DNA from: Lewinellaceae bacterium
GTDB lineage: Bacteria; Bacteroidota; Bacteroidia; Chitinophagales; Saprospiraceae
Direction: 5' to 3'
Length of the DNA: 64,000 nt
Assembly (NCBI GenBank): GCA_016716135.1
Contig: JADJWX010000028.1
Span: forward strand, 160,487 to 224,486
In this document: positions 18,353 to 28,220 of the stretch, in pieces
Layout of the letters: each line of letters begins with the position of its first letter
How positions within the stretch are numbered: the stretch's first letter is position 1
The notes under the pieces: model-generated
What the model was told of the DNA's origin: nothing
What the model saw: only the letters and a program-made list of their open reading frames with translations
The model's database searches: none
Translations under genes and position numbers: made by a program

Positions 18353-19015
18353 ATGCTTCGATTTTTCGCGCACTTTTTTTCTACCCTCGGGCACCCGATG
18401 TTGTTGCTGACCTACGCCATGCTCTTGCTGATGGCTGTTAATCCTTTTGCATTTGGTGTGAATAACCCTGGCGACAAGCCTGCCCTGTTGTTGTTGCTCT
18501 ACGTTTTTACAACTTCAGCGCTTATCCCCGGTATTGGCATTGCTGTGATGAAGCCACTGGGTTTTATAAAAAGCCTGGAATCGCCCGAGCGAATGGAGCG
18601 GATCGGACCCTACATTATCACCGGCGTATTTTATTTGTGGATTTACAAAAACCTGGGGTCGGGCGGGCAGGTACCACCTTTGTACCTGGTATGTGTGCTT
18701 GGCGCCACGATCGCCCTGTTCGGCGCTTTTTTGATCAATATTTTTACCAAGATCAGCGCGCACGCAACCGGCATGGGCGGGCTGGTCGGCATGGTTTTGC
18801 TGACCGCCTGGACGTGGCCGGAGAGCAGCCTGCGCCTTTCGCTGTTTGGCGCTGGCGTGCAACTTAGCCTGACAGCGGCAGCTGCTCTGGTCATCATTTT
18901 TGCAGGATTCGTCGGTTCGGCGCGGCTGGTACTGAAAGCACATGTGCCGGTCGATCTTTGGCAAGGCTATGCGGTGGGATTTGGGTCTGTTTGGGTAGCC
19001 TGGGGGCTTCTGTAG
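18353..19015 (+). CDS. Multi-pass membrane protein of unknown function
   Basis: 220 aa from the ATG at 18353, immediately after the DUF2851 stop, with six hydrophobic segments. The longer ORF from 18224 overlaps the upstream gene out of frame. Confidence 0.6.
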   Translation: MLRFFAHFFSTLGHPMLLLTYAMLLLMAVNPFAFGVNNPGDKPALLLLLYVFTTSALIPGIGIAVMKPLGFIKSLESPERMERIGPYIITGVFYLWIYKNLGSGGQVPPLYLVCVLGATIALFGAFLINIFTKISAHATGMGGLVGMVLLTAWTWPESSLRLSLFGAGVQLSLTAAAALVIIFAGFVGSARLVLKAHVPVDLWQGYAVGFGSVWVAWGLL

Positions 19016-19089
19016 AGCCTTTTTTGTTGAAAAAAAAGTAGGAGTACAAAATTTGAAATGCCCGCCGTAGATTATTTTTTCACCAAAAA

Positions 19090-19308
19090 CATGAGTCATC
19101 CCGAATTTTTAAAATGACTTCGGAGAAGTCAAATATTTGTAGATCAGAGATTTAAGGGCGCTCGACGACCTCGGAGAGGTCGCATGTGCAGGGGTTAGCA
19201 CCTGGATATTCGACCTCTCCGAGGTCGGGCAACGGGTAACCGGAGCATTTCTACAAATATTTGACCTCTCCGAGGTCTTTTTTATGGAAAAATTCGGGAT
19301 AACTCATG
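19090..19308. repeat. 219-bp palindromic MITE-like element with 21-nt terminal inverted repeats and four GACCTC-NNN-GAGGTC hairpin modules
   Basis: catgagtcatcccgaattttt (19090-19110) pairs with aaaaattcgggataactcatg (19288-19308) with one mismatch. The inner arms gacttcggagaagtcaaatatttgtaga and tctacaaatatttgacctctccgaggtc also pair. Confidence 0.8.
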
Positions 19309-19389
19309 TTTATGGTGAAAATTTGGAAACTACCTAACGCGCTAAGACTTATGTGACATCCTCTTTGTGAAAATTATGCACACTGGAAT

Positions 19390-20682
19390 TTACGCCGCCT
19401 TAAGTTGCCCGATCCGCGAACGCTCCAGTTTTTCAACGGCATACGCCCGGTCAATCACCAGTTCATTCCCGCCTTTTTTATTTTTTCCTTTCAACGGCAT
19501 TTCAAACATGGCGTCGGTGAGAATGGCTTCGCAAAGCGAGCGCAAGCCGCGCGCGCCGAGTTTGTATTCCTGGGCCTTTTCGGCGATAAAAGTGATCGTC
19601 TCGGGTTTGAATTTAAGATCAACCCCTTCGAGCGCAAACAACTTTTGGTATTGCCGGACGAGGGCGTTGCGCGGCTCCGTCAGGATGCGGCAAAGCGCCG
19701 TGAGGTCGAGCGGATCGAGGTGCACCAGCACCGGTAAACGCCCTACCAGCTCTGGGATAAGCCCGTATTGTTTGATATCCAGGTGGTTTACGTATTGCAG
19801 GAGGTTTTCCCGGTCGATCCGCTCATCTTGTTGTTTGCCGTAGCCGATTACCTGGGTATTTACCCGGCGTGCGATCACTTTTTCGATGCCGTCGAAGGCT
19901 CCCCCACAGATGAACAGAATGTTGCGGGTATTTACTTTGACCAGTTTTTGCTCCGGGTGTTTACGTCCGCCTTGTGGCGGCACCAGTACCTCAGCGCCCT
20001 CGAGCATTTTCAGCATAGCCTGTTGCACACCTTCGCCCGATACATCGCGGGTGATGGACGGGTTGTCCTGCTTGCGGGCCACCTTGTCGATCTCGTCGAT
20101 ATAAACAATACCGCGCTCGGCAGCAGGCACATCATAATCACAAACCTGGAGCAACCGGGCAAGGATACTTTCCACATCTTCGCCGACATATCCGGCTTCG
20201 GTAAACACCGTGGCGTCAACAATGGCAAAAGGCACATTGAGCAGTTTGGCAATCGTTTTTGCCAGCAGGGTTTTGCCGGTACCGGTTTGGCCAATGAACA
20301 GCACGTTGGATTTTTCAATTTCCACATCATCCTTACCTGCTGCAGGCTCACCCAATTGCTTCAGGCGCTTGTAGTGGTTGTACACGGCCACAGCCAGCAC
20401 CTTTTTGGCATCATCCTGACCAATGATGTAATCGTCCAGGAAAGCCTTGATATCGCGGGGCGGAATCAGGTTTACAAGGTCGCCAAAGCCGGACGGCTTA
20501 CCAGAACCTGCACTGTCGGCTTGTTCATGCCGGTTTAGTTCCTGATCGATGATCTCCTGGGCTTTTTCCACGCACATCTCACAAATCTGGGCATCCATGC
20601 CCGAGATCAGGATCATGACGTCGTCTTTGCTTCGCCCGCAAAATGAACATTGGTGTGGATTCACTCGACCGCGTTTTAGCAT
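19390..20682 (-). CDS. clpX: ATP-dependent Clp protease ATP-binding subunit ClpX
   Basis: The zinc finger is [11 protein letters not shown]...CEMC, Walker A is [13 protein letters not shown] and Walker B is [16 protein letters not shown] motif is present. Confidence 0.95.
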   Translation of the reverse strand: MLKRGRVNPHQCSFCGRSKDDVMILISGMDAQICEMCVEKAQEIIDQELNRHEQADSAGSGKPSGFGDLVNLIPPRDIKAFLDDYIIGQDDAKKVLAVAVYNHYKRLKQLGEPAAGKDDVEIEKSNVLFIGQTGTGKTLLAKTIAKLLNVPFAIVDATVFTEAGYVGEDVESILARLLQVCDYDVPAAERGIVYIDEIDKVARKQDNPSITRDVSGEGVQQAMLKMLEGAEVLVPPQGGRKHPEQKLVKVNTRNILFICGGAFDGIEKVIARRVNTQVIGYGKQQDERIDRENLLQYVNHLDIKQYGLIPELVGRLPVLVHLDPLDLTALCRILTEPRNALVRQYQKLFALEGVDLKFKPETITFIAEKAQEYKLGARGLRSLCEAILTDAMFEMPLKGKNKKGGNELVIDRAYAVEKLERSRIGQLKAA

Positions 20683-20685
20683 GGT

Positions 20686-21384
20686 TTACTTTTCTTTTCT
20701 TGGATTGTTACGTGCCAGCACCTCGTCCACCAGGCCATATTCTTTAGCCTCCTCTGCACTCATCCAGTTGTCCCGATCACAGTCTTCCGAAATCTTATCG
20801 TAAGGCTGGCCAGTATGTTCTGCGAGGATATCGTACAGTGATTTTTGCATTTTCTTGATCAGCTTGTAGGTGATCTCGATATCCGATACCTGCCCCTGGG
20901 CGCCGCCCATGGGTTGGTGAATCATGACATGGCTGTGGAACAGGCAGCTGCGCTTGCCTTTGGCGCCGGCGGCCAGCAACACGGCGCCCATGGAGGCAGC
21001 CAGACCGGTGCAAATAGTAGCCACATCGGGAGCAACATACTGCATGGTATCATAAATCCCCAGGCCATCGATCACGGAACCGCCCGGGCTGTTTATGAAC
21101 AGCTGAATGTCGCGTTTGGGGTCGGCGCTTTCCAGAAACAACAACTGCGCCTGAACAATATTTGACACTTGATCCGACACCGGCAGACCCATAAAAATAA
21201 TGCGGTCCATCATAAGGCGGCTGAACACATCGAGTTGTGAGACATTCAGCTGGCGCTCTTCAATCACGTACGGTGTCAGGTTGCGCAGGTGCGGGTGCGT
21301 GGAGGGCGTACTTTTTTCAATGTACTTTTCGAGGTGCATGCCACTCATGCCAAGGTGCTTGGTGGCATACTTTTTGAAATTCAT
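20686..21384 (-). CDS. clpP: ATP-dependent Clp protease proteolytic subunit
   Basis: It contains DRIIFMGLPVSDQVSNIVQAQLLFLES, INSPGGSV and GLAASMGAVLLAAG. The catalytic Ser and His contexts are present. Confidence 0.95.
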   Translation of the reverse strand: MNFKKYATKHLGMSGMHLEKYIEKSTPSTHPHLRNLTPYVIEERQLNVSQLDVFSRLMMDRIIFMGLPVSDQVSNIVQAQLLFLESADPKRDIQLFINSPGGSVIDGLGIYDTMQYVAPDVATICTGLAASMGAVLLAAGAKGKRSCLFHSHVMIHQPMGGAQGQVSDIEITYKLIKKMQKSLYDILAEHTGQPYDKISEDCDRDNWMSAEEAKEYGLVDEVLARNNPRKEK

Positions 21385-21449
21385 TCTTATCGAACATGCT
21401 TAAATAGTTTTGAGGCAATTATAACAAGGAATTTTTTGGAAGGTTACAA

Positions 21450-22865
21450 TCAGGCTACAGATTCCCGAAGTTCGGCATCTTCATTTTGTTCCGCCTCTGC
21501 TTTTTTGGTAATGGCATCCAGAATTTGATGAAATTCTTCGGAGGGGACAGCCTTGTCATTTATGGTAACCAAGTCCCGGACAGCAGTAAAAATTTTATCC
21601 GTTTCCAGGTCGCGCACGGTATTTTCAACATCTTTTTCATCCTGCATCAGGCGGTCAATGCTGCTTTCGATAATGTCGTCCGGCAATTGAGCCTGGAAGT
21701 AGTTTCGCACTTTACGGGCATATTCTGCCCGGATTTCGTCATTGGTGACCTCAATTTCGAAATGCTCTTTGAGCCGGTCGCGCAACAAAGACCACCGCAG
21801 ATTTTCAGCGAATGCCGCGTATTCGGCATCGATCAGTTCCGTGGTCAGTTCCGGATTATTTGCTCCAAGCCACCGTTTCAAAAAGCTTTCGGGCAGTTCA
21901 ATTTGATTTAACTCCAACAGCCGCTTTTGAAAATCACGCATGAGGAGTGCATTCGAGCGGATGTCGTAAAAACCTTGAATACCGCCTTTCAGTTTGTCGA
22001 TGGCTTCATCCTGGTTGCTGACGCCGCCGCCGAAGTATTTGGTGTAAAACTCATCGTTCAATTCGGCAATTTCCATGCGCGATACCTCCTCAATAGTACC
22101 TTCAAACCAATCGCCCACAACGCGGTGGTCATCCTCCGGGAGGTTCAGAATATACTTCCGGAACTTCTGGTCATCATCACCCATTTCAATCAGACGCGCA
22201 TTGAACCGGATTTGGTCGCCTTTTTTTCTGGATAAAAATGCTTTGCGGAGTTCCTCGTCCGAAACCGTGTCCACATAAACAGTCATCGTCGTTTCCCAAC
22301 CTTCGGCTTTGGGTTGATCACCGTCGAGCTCACGCGCGGCAATTTTTAAAATATCCCGCTCCTGAATATCGTCTTCCGGATTTGTACGGTTACCCATGCG
22401 CCGGCGGGCGTTGTCCAGATCCTGCTCTGCCAGTGTGTCCAAATCCGAAACCGTCAGGCGTTCGAAGACCTGCTTTTTATCCAGGCCCTGCACCTCGTAT
22501 GCAGGCACAAAACCGATTTCGTACTCGACGGCATATTCCTCCTCCATATTGTCAATTTTGAAGGAGTACCTGTTTTGATTTTCAGTGGGCAAAGGCTGGC
22601 CAAGTACGTTGAGTTCACTGTCGCGCAGGTAATTGTACAATTCCTCCGACAGCATTTGGTTGATCGTGTCGCTGAAAATGGAGGTTCCGAACATCCGCTT
22701 GACATAATCCATCGGTGCATGGCCCTGGCGAAACCCTTTGATAGAGGCACGGTTGCGCACACGCTTTAATTCGGCATCGATTTTGGGTTTCAGATCATCT
22801 TTGGTCAGGGTGACCGTGATCAGGGCGGAAGTGTTGTCAATATCTTTTCGCTGAACGCTGGGCAT
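21450..22865 (-). CDS. tig: Trigger factor
   Basis: From the ATG at 22865 it reads MPSVQRKDIDNTSALITVTLTKDDLKPKIDAELKRVRNRASIKGFRQGHAPMDYVKRMFG. It sits in the conserved tig-clpP-clpX order. Confidence 0.9.
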   Translation of the reverse strand: MPSVQRKDIDNTSALITVTLTKDDLKPKIDAELKRVRNRASIKGFRQGHAPMDYVKRMFGTSIFSDTINQMLSEELYNYLRDSELNVLGQPLPTENQNRYSFKIDNMEEEYAVEYEIGFVPAYEVQGLDKKQVFERLTVSDLDTLAEQDLDNARRRMGNRTNPEDDIQERDILKIAARELDGDQPKAEGWETTMTVYVDTVSDEELRKAFLSRKKGDQIRFNARLIEMGDDDQKFRKYILNLPEDDHRVVGDWFEGTIEEVSRMEIAELNDEFYTKYFGGGVSNQDEAIDKLKGGIQGFYDIRSNALLMRDFQKRLLELNQIELPESFLKRWLGANNPELTTELIDAEYAAFAENLRWSLLRDRLKEHFEIEVTNDEIRAEYARKVRNYFQAQLPDDIIESSIDRLMQDEKDVENTVRDLETDKIFTAVRDLVTINDKAVPSEEFHQILDAITKKAEAEQNEDAELRESVA

Positions 22866-22964
22866 ATTGAAGAAAAAGTGTGGAGTAAGAAAAGTGAACG
22901 CAGTGCGGTGGTCGTCAGAAAGTTTACCGGATGGAGAAATTACGCACCGTGCAGGTAAAATATG

Positions 22965-23046
22965 TGCGGGCGGAGGGACTCGAACCCCCATGCCTCTCGG
23001 CGCCAGATCCTAAGTCTGGTACGTCTACCAATTTCGCCACGCCCGC
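22965..23046 (-). tRNA. tRNA-Leu (anticodon UAG)
   Basis: GCGGGCGTGGCGAAATTGGTAGACGTACCAGACTTAGGATCTGGCGCCGAGAGGCATGGGGGTTCGAGTCCCTCCGCCCGCA has acceptor GCGGGCG/CGCCCGC and an anticodon loop CTTAGGA. It also has a long variable arm and a GGTTCGAGT T-loop. Confidence 0.9.
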
Positions 23047-23066
23047 ATGCTTTGAAAAAAGGAGTG

Positions 23067-23074
23067 CAAAAGTA
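23067..23074 (-). promoter_or_regulatory. Bacteroidota -7 promoter box (TACTTTTG) for tRNA-Leu
   Basis: It matches TAnnTTTG and ends 20 nt upstream of the mature tRNA 5' end. Confidence 0.5.
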
Positions 23075-23274
23075 CGGCGAACTTCCATAAAAACAAATAC
23101 ACCAATTGCGATGAAAACAGTTAATAAGCCTTAAATGGGTTTTGCTGTATGGATGTTTGCGGTAATTTTGTTAAACCTAAACAAGCGGAATAATTGTTGT
23201 TCATATAAAGCAAAACAATCCGGGAACCGCCAGTTTTTAATAATACAGCATTCTTTTTAAGCAGCAGGAAATCC

Positions 23275-25527
23275 ATGGCGCAGGCAAAACCAACCTTAGA
23301 TCATCCGGATGATACGACACTCATCCAACGCGCATACCGGAATTTACTCCGGTGTATGCCTGCGCCGTTAGATGTTGAGGATAAAAACAACATCCGTGCG
23401 GCCTTTGAACTGGCCGCTAAAGCACACCAGCAACAGCGCCGGAAATCCGGTGAGCCCTACATCCTGCATCCCATCGAAGTGGCGCGCATTTGTGTTGAAG
23501 AAATTGGCCTGGGTCCCACAGCCGTAGTATCAGCCCTGCTGCACGATGTAGTTGAAGATACCGACGTTTCGCTCAAGGAAATTCATACCCAGTTCGGGGC
23601 CCGTGTGGCGCTTATCGTTGACGGACTGACCAAGCTCGACAGCCTCCACGATTCGGAAAGCCCGCAGGCCGAAAACCTGACCAAAGTGCTCCGCACGATG
23701 CTTTCCGATGTCCGGGTGGTACTGATCAAAATGGCCGACCGCCTGCACAATTTGCGCACAATAAAGAGCATGGCGCCGCACAAGCAACTTAAAATTGCCG
23801 CCGAAACCAGCACCATTTATGCGCCGCTGGCGCACCGCCTGGGGTTGTACAAGATCAAAACAGAGTTCCAGGATATCTGCCTCAAGATCACCCACCCCGA
23901 TGAGTACCACGATATCGCAGACAAACTGGCCCTGACCCGCCGGAGCCGCGAACAATACATCGAGGCATTCAAACGCCCATTGGCAAAAGCCCTGAAGGAG
24001 CAGCTCGGCCTGGATGTTCAGATGATCGGGCGCCCGAAAAGCATTTATTCCATCTGGAATAAGATCCGGACAAAACAGGTTGCCTTCGAAGATATTTACG
24101 ATCTGTTTGCTATCCGCATCATTGTTGACGTTCCGCCCGAGCGGGAAAAGATTGCCTGTTGGCAGGCCTACGCCATTGTTACCGATTTTTACAAGCCCAT
24201 TCCCGAACGACTCAAGGATTGGATTACCAACCCTAAAGCCAACGGATACGAATCGCTGCATACCTCCGTGGTAGGCCCCGATGGCCGCTACGTGGAAGTC
24301 CAGATCCGCTCCGAACGCATGGATGAGATTGCCGAGCGGGGCTTTGCTGCCCACTGGAAGTACAAAGGCGTGCGCGGCATCGGCAATAAAGCCCTGGTGT
24401 TTGAAACCTGGCTGAACCAGGTGCGTGAAACCCTTGAAAATGTGCTGTCGGGTAGCCCGGTGGAATTCCTGGCCGATTTTCAAAGCAACCTGTTCTCCGA
24501 AGAGGTACACGTTTTTACGCCGAAAGGCGAAATGAAAATCCTGCCGGAAGGCGCCACCGCCCTCGATTTTGCTTTTAGTATCCACTCGGATATCGGGAGC
24601 ACTTGCCGCGCCGTCAAGGTGAACAATAAGGTGGAACGTATCCATTACAAACTGCAAAACGGAGACCAGATACAGGTCATCACCGATAAAAATCAGCGCC
24701 CCAGCGAAGACTGGCTCAAACACGTCATTACCTCCAAGGCCAAAAACCGGATTCGCGCGGCCCTGAAAGAAGAAAAACGCCAACTGGCTGCTTTAGGCCG
24801 TGAAATACTGGAGCGGAAACTGCAAAACATGCACAAGTGCCCGGTGGAGGAAAACGCAGATATGCTCACGCGCTGGTTTGGATTCCCGAACCGCCTGGAG
24901 TTTTTCAGCGCCATTGCACTGGAACAAGTGGATTTATCCGGGCTGAAATCGTTCCGGACAGACGGCCCCAGACTCATCGAGAGTGAAGGCGAAAAAGCCC
25001 CGCATAACGGCGATGGCGAACTTCGCCCGGGCGATACCGCGCAAGCAGCAAAACCGCTTAAACAACAGGCCAGCAAAGCCGATGTATTTATCAATGGCGA
25101 GCCGGGGACCTATTATGCCTATTCCTTTGCTACTTGTTGCAACCCCGTGCAAGGGGACCCCATTTTTGCCTATGTGGGTACCAAGGAAGGCGTAAAAATT
25201 CACCGGACAACCTGCCCCAATGCCCCCTTTCTGCTGGCCAACTACGAATACCGGGTACACAAAGCAGAATGGGGAGCCACGGTTAAAGCCGATTTTGTCG
25301 CTACAGTTCTGGTTACCGGAATTGACGCCGGCCCCGGTGTGATCCAACAACTGACTGACCGGATTTCAAGCATGGGCATTAACATCCGCTCCTTTTCCAT
25401 CTCGGGCGAAGGCGGCTATTTTGAAGGACGGATTTCCCTGGTTGTTGCCAACACCGACCAATTGAACCAGGCGATTCTGGCCCTCAAGGAGTTCAAGTTC
25501 GTTGCCAATGTTAGCCGCATGGAATAG
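23275..25527 (+). CDS. rel: Bifunctional (p)ppGpp synthetase/hydrolase (RelA/SpoT homologue)
   Basis: The HD domain reads HPIEVARI...LLHDVVEDT. The synthetase block is KSIYSIWNKIRTKQVAFEDIYDLFAIRIIV. TGS (VFTPKGEMKILPEGATALDFAFSIH) and a C-terminal ACT-like region follow. Confidence 0.95.
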   Translation: MAQAKPTLDHPDDTTLIQRAYRNLLRCMPAPLDVEDKNNIRAAFELAAKAHQQQRRKSGEPYILHPIEVARICVEEIGLGPTAVVSALLHDVVEDTDVSLKEIHTQFGARVALIVDGLTKLDSLHDSESPQAENLTKVLRTMLSDVRVVLIKMADRLHNLRTIKSMAPHKQLKIAAETSTIYAPLAHRLGLYKIKTEFQDICLKITHPDEYHDIADKLALTRRSREQYIEAFKRPLAKALKEQLGLDVQMIGRPKSIYSIWNKIRTKQVAFEDIYDLFAIRIIVDVPPEREKIACWQAYAIVTDFYKPIPERLKDWITNPKANGYESLHTSVVGPDGRYVEVQIRSERMDEIAERGFAAHWKYKGVRGIGNKALVFETWLNQVRETLENVLSGSPVEFLADFQSNLFSEEVHVFTPKGEMKILPEGATALDFAFSIHSDIGSTCRAVKVNNKVERIHYKLQNGDQIQVITDKNQRPSEDWLKHVITSKAKNRIRAALKEEKRQLAALGREILERKLQNMHKCPVEENADMLTRWFGFPNRLEFFSAIALEQVDLSGLKSFRTDGPRLIESEGEKAPHNGDGELRPGDTAQAAKPLKQQASKADVFINGEPGTYYAYSFATCCNPVQGDPIFAYVGTKEGVKIHRTTCPNAPFLLANYEYRVHKAEWGATVKADFVATVLVTGIDAGPGVIQQLTDRISSMGINIRSFSISGEGGYFEGRISLVVANTDQLNQAILALKEFKFVANVSRME

Positions 25528-25575
25528 GCTTTATGCACTTCCGGTTTTTTCCGCATCCCACTGCGAAAAAACACC

Positions 25576-26532
25576 ATGCACTACCTGAGATCAATTTTCC
25601 CGCTTGTCTTTTTGTTCCTTCTTGTTTCTGCCTGCCGTCAGGATCAATCACATGCCCCGAACTTACAGGCTGAAAAACCCGTAGCTGCCGAAACGGATAT
25701 GGCTGCAACGTATTCAGAAACCGAAGGCTTCCGGGAGAAAGCAGCTTTCCACTCAACTTCTGCCCAGGCAAACCACTGGGATACGGTAAAAAAACTGGTC
25801 CGCCGGGCCGAGTTGTCTTTTCGCACGCCCGATGTGCTTAAGGCTACCCTGGCCATTGAAGACATTGTCCGGAAAAACGGCGGTTTTGTTTTGGAAAATA
25901 AACTCGTTCAAACCGTTTCCGAACAATTCGACACCCCTGTCAGCAAGGATTCCCTGCTGGAAACCACCGTTTTCCAAATCACCAACAACCTTGTCGTGCG
26001 GGTACCGGCTAAACAACTCGACACTACCCTGCGCGCCATTGGCCATTGGTCTGAACAACTCGACTACCGGACAATCACCGCAGAAGATGTCAGTTTGAAG
26101 GCCCTGGAAGAACAACTTGCCCAACTCCGGAACCAACAATATCAAACTGATTTGCAGCGGGATATTGCCACTAACCCGACGAAACTGCCCGACGTAGTAC
26201 AGGCGCGCCGCAACACCCTGGCCGCCCGCGCGGCTGCAGACGCCGCAACCCTGGAACAATTGCGGCTCGACGATGCCGTACAACTCAGCACGCTGACGAT
26301 TGCGCTGCATCAACGCCCGGTTACCAAAAAAGTACGCATTGCCCAGCCACAACCAACAGTGGCCTGGACACCCGGACTGGCCGCCCAATTGCAAGAGGCT
26401 TTTCGGACAGGTTGGAATGGCTTGGAGGCTATGCTCGTTTTTTTGGTCGGGCTATGGCCGCTACTGTTCATCGGCGCTTTGCTCTGGTGGGCCCTGCGCA
26501 AACGGCATCTTATTCCGGCATTTAAAAAATAA
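25576..26532 (+). CDS. DUF4349 domain-containing lipoprotein-like protein
   Basis: The lipoprotein-type signal is LLVSAC. A coiled-coil central region and C-terminal TM segments (MLVFLVGLWPLLFIGALLWWAL) fit the usual DUF4349 layout. Confidence 0.55.
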   Translation: MHYLRSIFPLVFLFLLVSACRQDQSHAPNLQAEKPVAAETDMAATYSETEGFREKAAFHSTSAQANHWDTVKKLVRRAELSFRTPDVLKATLAIEDIVRKNGGFVLENKLVQTVSEQFDTPVSKDSLLETTVFQITNNLVVRVPAKQLDTTLRAIGHWSEQLDYRTITAEDVSLKALEEQLAQLRNQQYQTDLQRDIATNPTKLPDVVQARRNTLAARAAADAATLEQLRLDDAVQLSTLTIALHQRPVTKKVRIAQPQPTVAWTPGLAAQLQEAFRTGWNGLEAMLVFLVGLWPLLFIGALLWWALRKRHLIPAFKK

Positions 26533-26535
26533 AGG

Positions 26536-27555
26536 TCAAACCGCACCCGGATCGATCTGCTCCAAATACGCCTGCATCAAACGCCAGTATTGCTGCACCT
26601 GTTCGGTCGCCTCCGGCGTTTGATGCTGGCGCATGGCCAGCAGCGCAATTTTCAACCGCACATTGGCCCGGTAGGCTTTAAAAAACAAAAACAAGCGTTG
26701 ATCCTCGGCCTTGGGAAACACATTCCAATGCCGGGTATAGGCTTGCAAAAAAATACCGGCAAGTTCGGCATGCCCCTGCGCTTCCAGGTCCATACATAGA
26801 AAGGCGAGTTCGTTCAGGATATCCGATTGCCGGTAATGTTCACTGAACTCGATACAATCGAACACCACGGGGCCATTTTTTGTCAAAAAAATATTTCGGG
26901 TATGCAAGTCGCCGTGACCATCCACCCAAAAGCCATTGCGCCGGCGTTCCTTCAGGCGTTCGCTGTGGTTTTCTAAAAATGCAGGCAAATAATTGCGCCA
27001 ATGTTCCAGTTGGGCATTGGTATGCGCTCCCAGCAGTTGCGCGATATCGGCACTAAAACGAAAGAGATCGGCAAAGTCCGACCAAAGCGCTGCCGGGTGA
27101 AATTGTTCCGAATCCGGCAGGATTACCGATTTGTGAAACGGCGCCAATACCCCGGCCAATTGCTCCAGGTGTTGGCTGGTCACTTTTCCACCGGCCAGGA
27201 GTTTATCCATCTGCCGTTGGTTATCCATACGTAGCATTTGCAAGGCATAGTCAAGGGGCGGCACGCCGGCAGCTCCGATCGTAACCTGTCCATCAACTAC
27301 ACCCACCGGCAATACGTCCAGGTACATTTCCGGCGCCAACCGCCGGTTCAGGCGCAATTCCTCCCGGCAGAAAAAATGGCGCTTCTCCAGGGTGCTGAAA
27401 TCCAAAAAACCAAAGGTCAGCGGCTTTTTCAGTTTGAACGCAAAGTGCCGGGTAAGAATCACCCAGGAAATATGGGTTTCTACCAGTTCAATTTGTTCTC
27501 CGTTTCCCGGAACCGTGCCGGTTTTCAGAATGGATTGTATTTGATCATCGGTCAT
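26536..27555 (-). CDS. Phosphotransferase (APH/choline-kinase-like) family protein
   Basis: The catalytic loop is HGDLHTRNIF and an ETHISWVIL start region is present. The ATG at 27555 overlaps the upstream gene's stop by 11 nt. Confidence 0.75.
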   Translation of the reverse strand: MTDDQIQSILKTGTVPGNGEQIELVETHISWVILTRHFAFKLKKPLTFGFLDFSTLEKRHFFCREELRLNRRLAPEMYLDVLPVGVVDGQVTIGAAGVPPLDYALQMLRMDNQRQMDKLLAGGKVTSQHLEQLAGVLAPFHKSVILPDSEQFHPAALWSDFADLFRFSADIAQLLGAHTNAQLEHWRNYLPAFLENHSERLKERRRNGFWVDGHGDLHTRNIFLTKNGPVVFDCIEFSEHYRQSDILNELAFLCMDLEAQGHAELAGIFLQAYTRHWNVFPKAEDQRLFLFFKAYRANVRLKIALLAMRQHQTPEATEQVQQYWRLMQAYLEQIDPGAV

Positions 27556-28048
27556 GAATCGATCGAACGTATTGGTCAATTTTTTCAATTTGCACATCCA
27601 GGGAGTCGGTATCCGAACGAACAACCAACACCGGCGCTTCCCAAGCCTCAAATGCGGCCCGGATTTTTTCATAAACAGCAAAATCCGCCTCACTGTCAGG
27701 CCGGGTCTTTTGAAGCCGCTGGCGGATTACCGCCTCAGCTGCCTCTACCTGAACCCGGATTACCGGCACATCGTACTTCGCAGCCAATGCCTCAAATGGC
27801 GCCCGGATATTTTTTTTGTAAAACGTGCTGTCCACAACGGCATTACCGCCGCCGGCCAGTACGCTCCCGACTTTTTCCAACATCGCCGCATATACTTTTT
27901 CCTTGTCGCCGGGTGCATAATGCCCGCGCAAACCCAAGTCATTCCGGATCAGGTCGCTGTTGATATGCACGCCGCCAAAACGAGCCACGTAGGTCCTTGC
28001 CAACGTACTTTTGCCTGAACCGGGAAGCCCCGAAATTAGAAGCAACAT
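27545..28048 (-). CDS. P-loop kinase-like ATPase (AAA_33-like)
   Basis: MLLLISGLPGSGKSTLA is a Walker A motif at the extreme N-terminus. The protein is 167 aa. Confidence 0.75.
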   Translation of the reverse strand: MLLLISGLPGSGKSTLARTYVARFGGVHINSDLIRNDLGLRGHYAPGDKEKVYAAMLEKVGSVLAGGGNAVVDSTFYKKNIRAPFEALAAKYDVPVIRVQVEAAEAVIRQRLQKTRPDSEADFAVYEKIRAAFEAWEAPVLVVRSDTDSLDVQIEKIDQYVRSIHDR

Positions 28049-28220
28049 ATTTCTGACTCGCAGTTGGTGAACAAAAAAAGCCGCAAAAAATCGTAGCTAT
28101 ATATTCAAAGCTAAGGCGTCGCATACCCCGTCGGCATGATCAAGATTAGGGCGCCCGTTGATGCAGGTCGTTGGCCAGTAAATATATCACCAGCTACCTT
28201 GCCGGATAGAATTTTTCCAA

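Noticed and set aside
21450-22991. The full 513-aa ORF taken as trigger factor
   Set aside because: The first 42 codons run through tRNA-Leu on the same strand. The conserved trigger factor N-terminus starts at the ATG at 22865.
23530-24783. 417-aa - strand ORF opposite the RelA/SpoT gene
   Set aside because: It is an antisense shadow ORF. The same reasoning applies to 43051-44631 and 44662-45768 (opposite susC), 56917-57918 (opposite the DEAD-box helicase), 36842-37711 (opposite the dehydrogenase fusion) and 40275-41204 (opposite the FGE gene).
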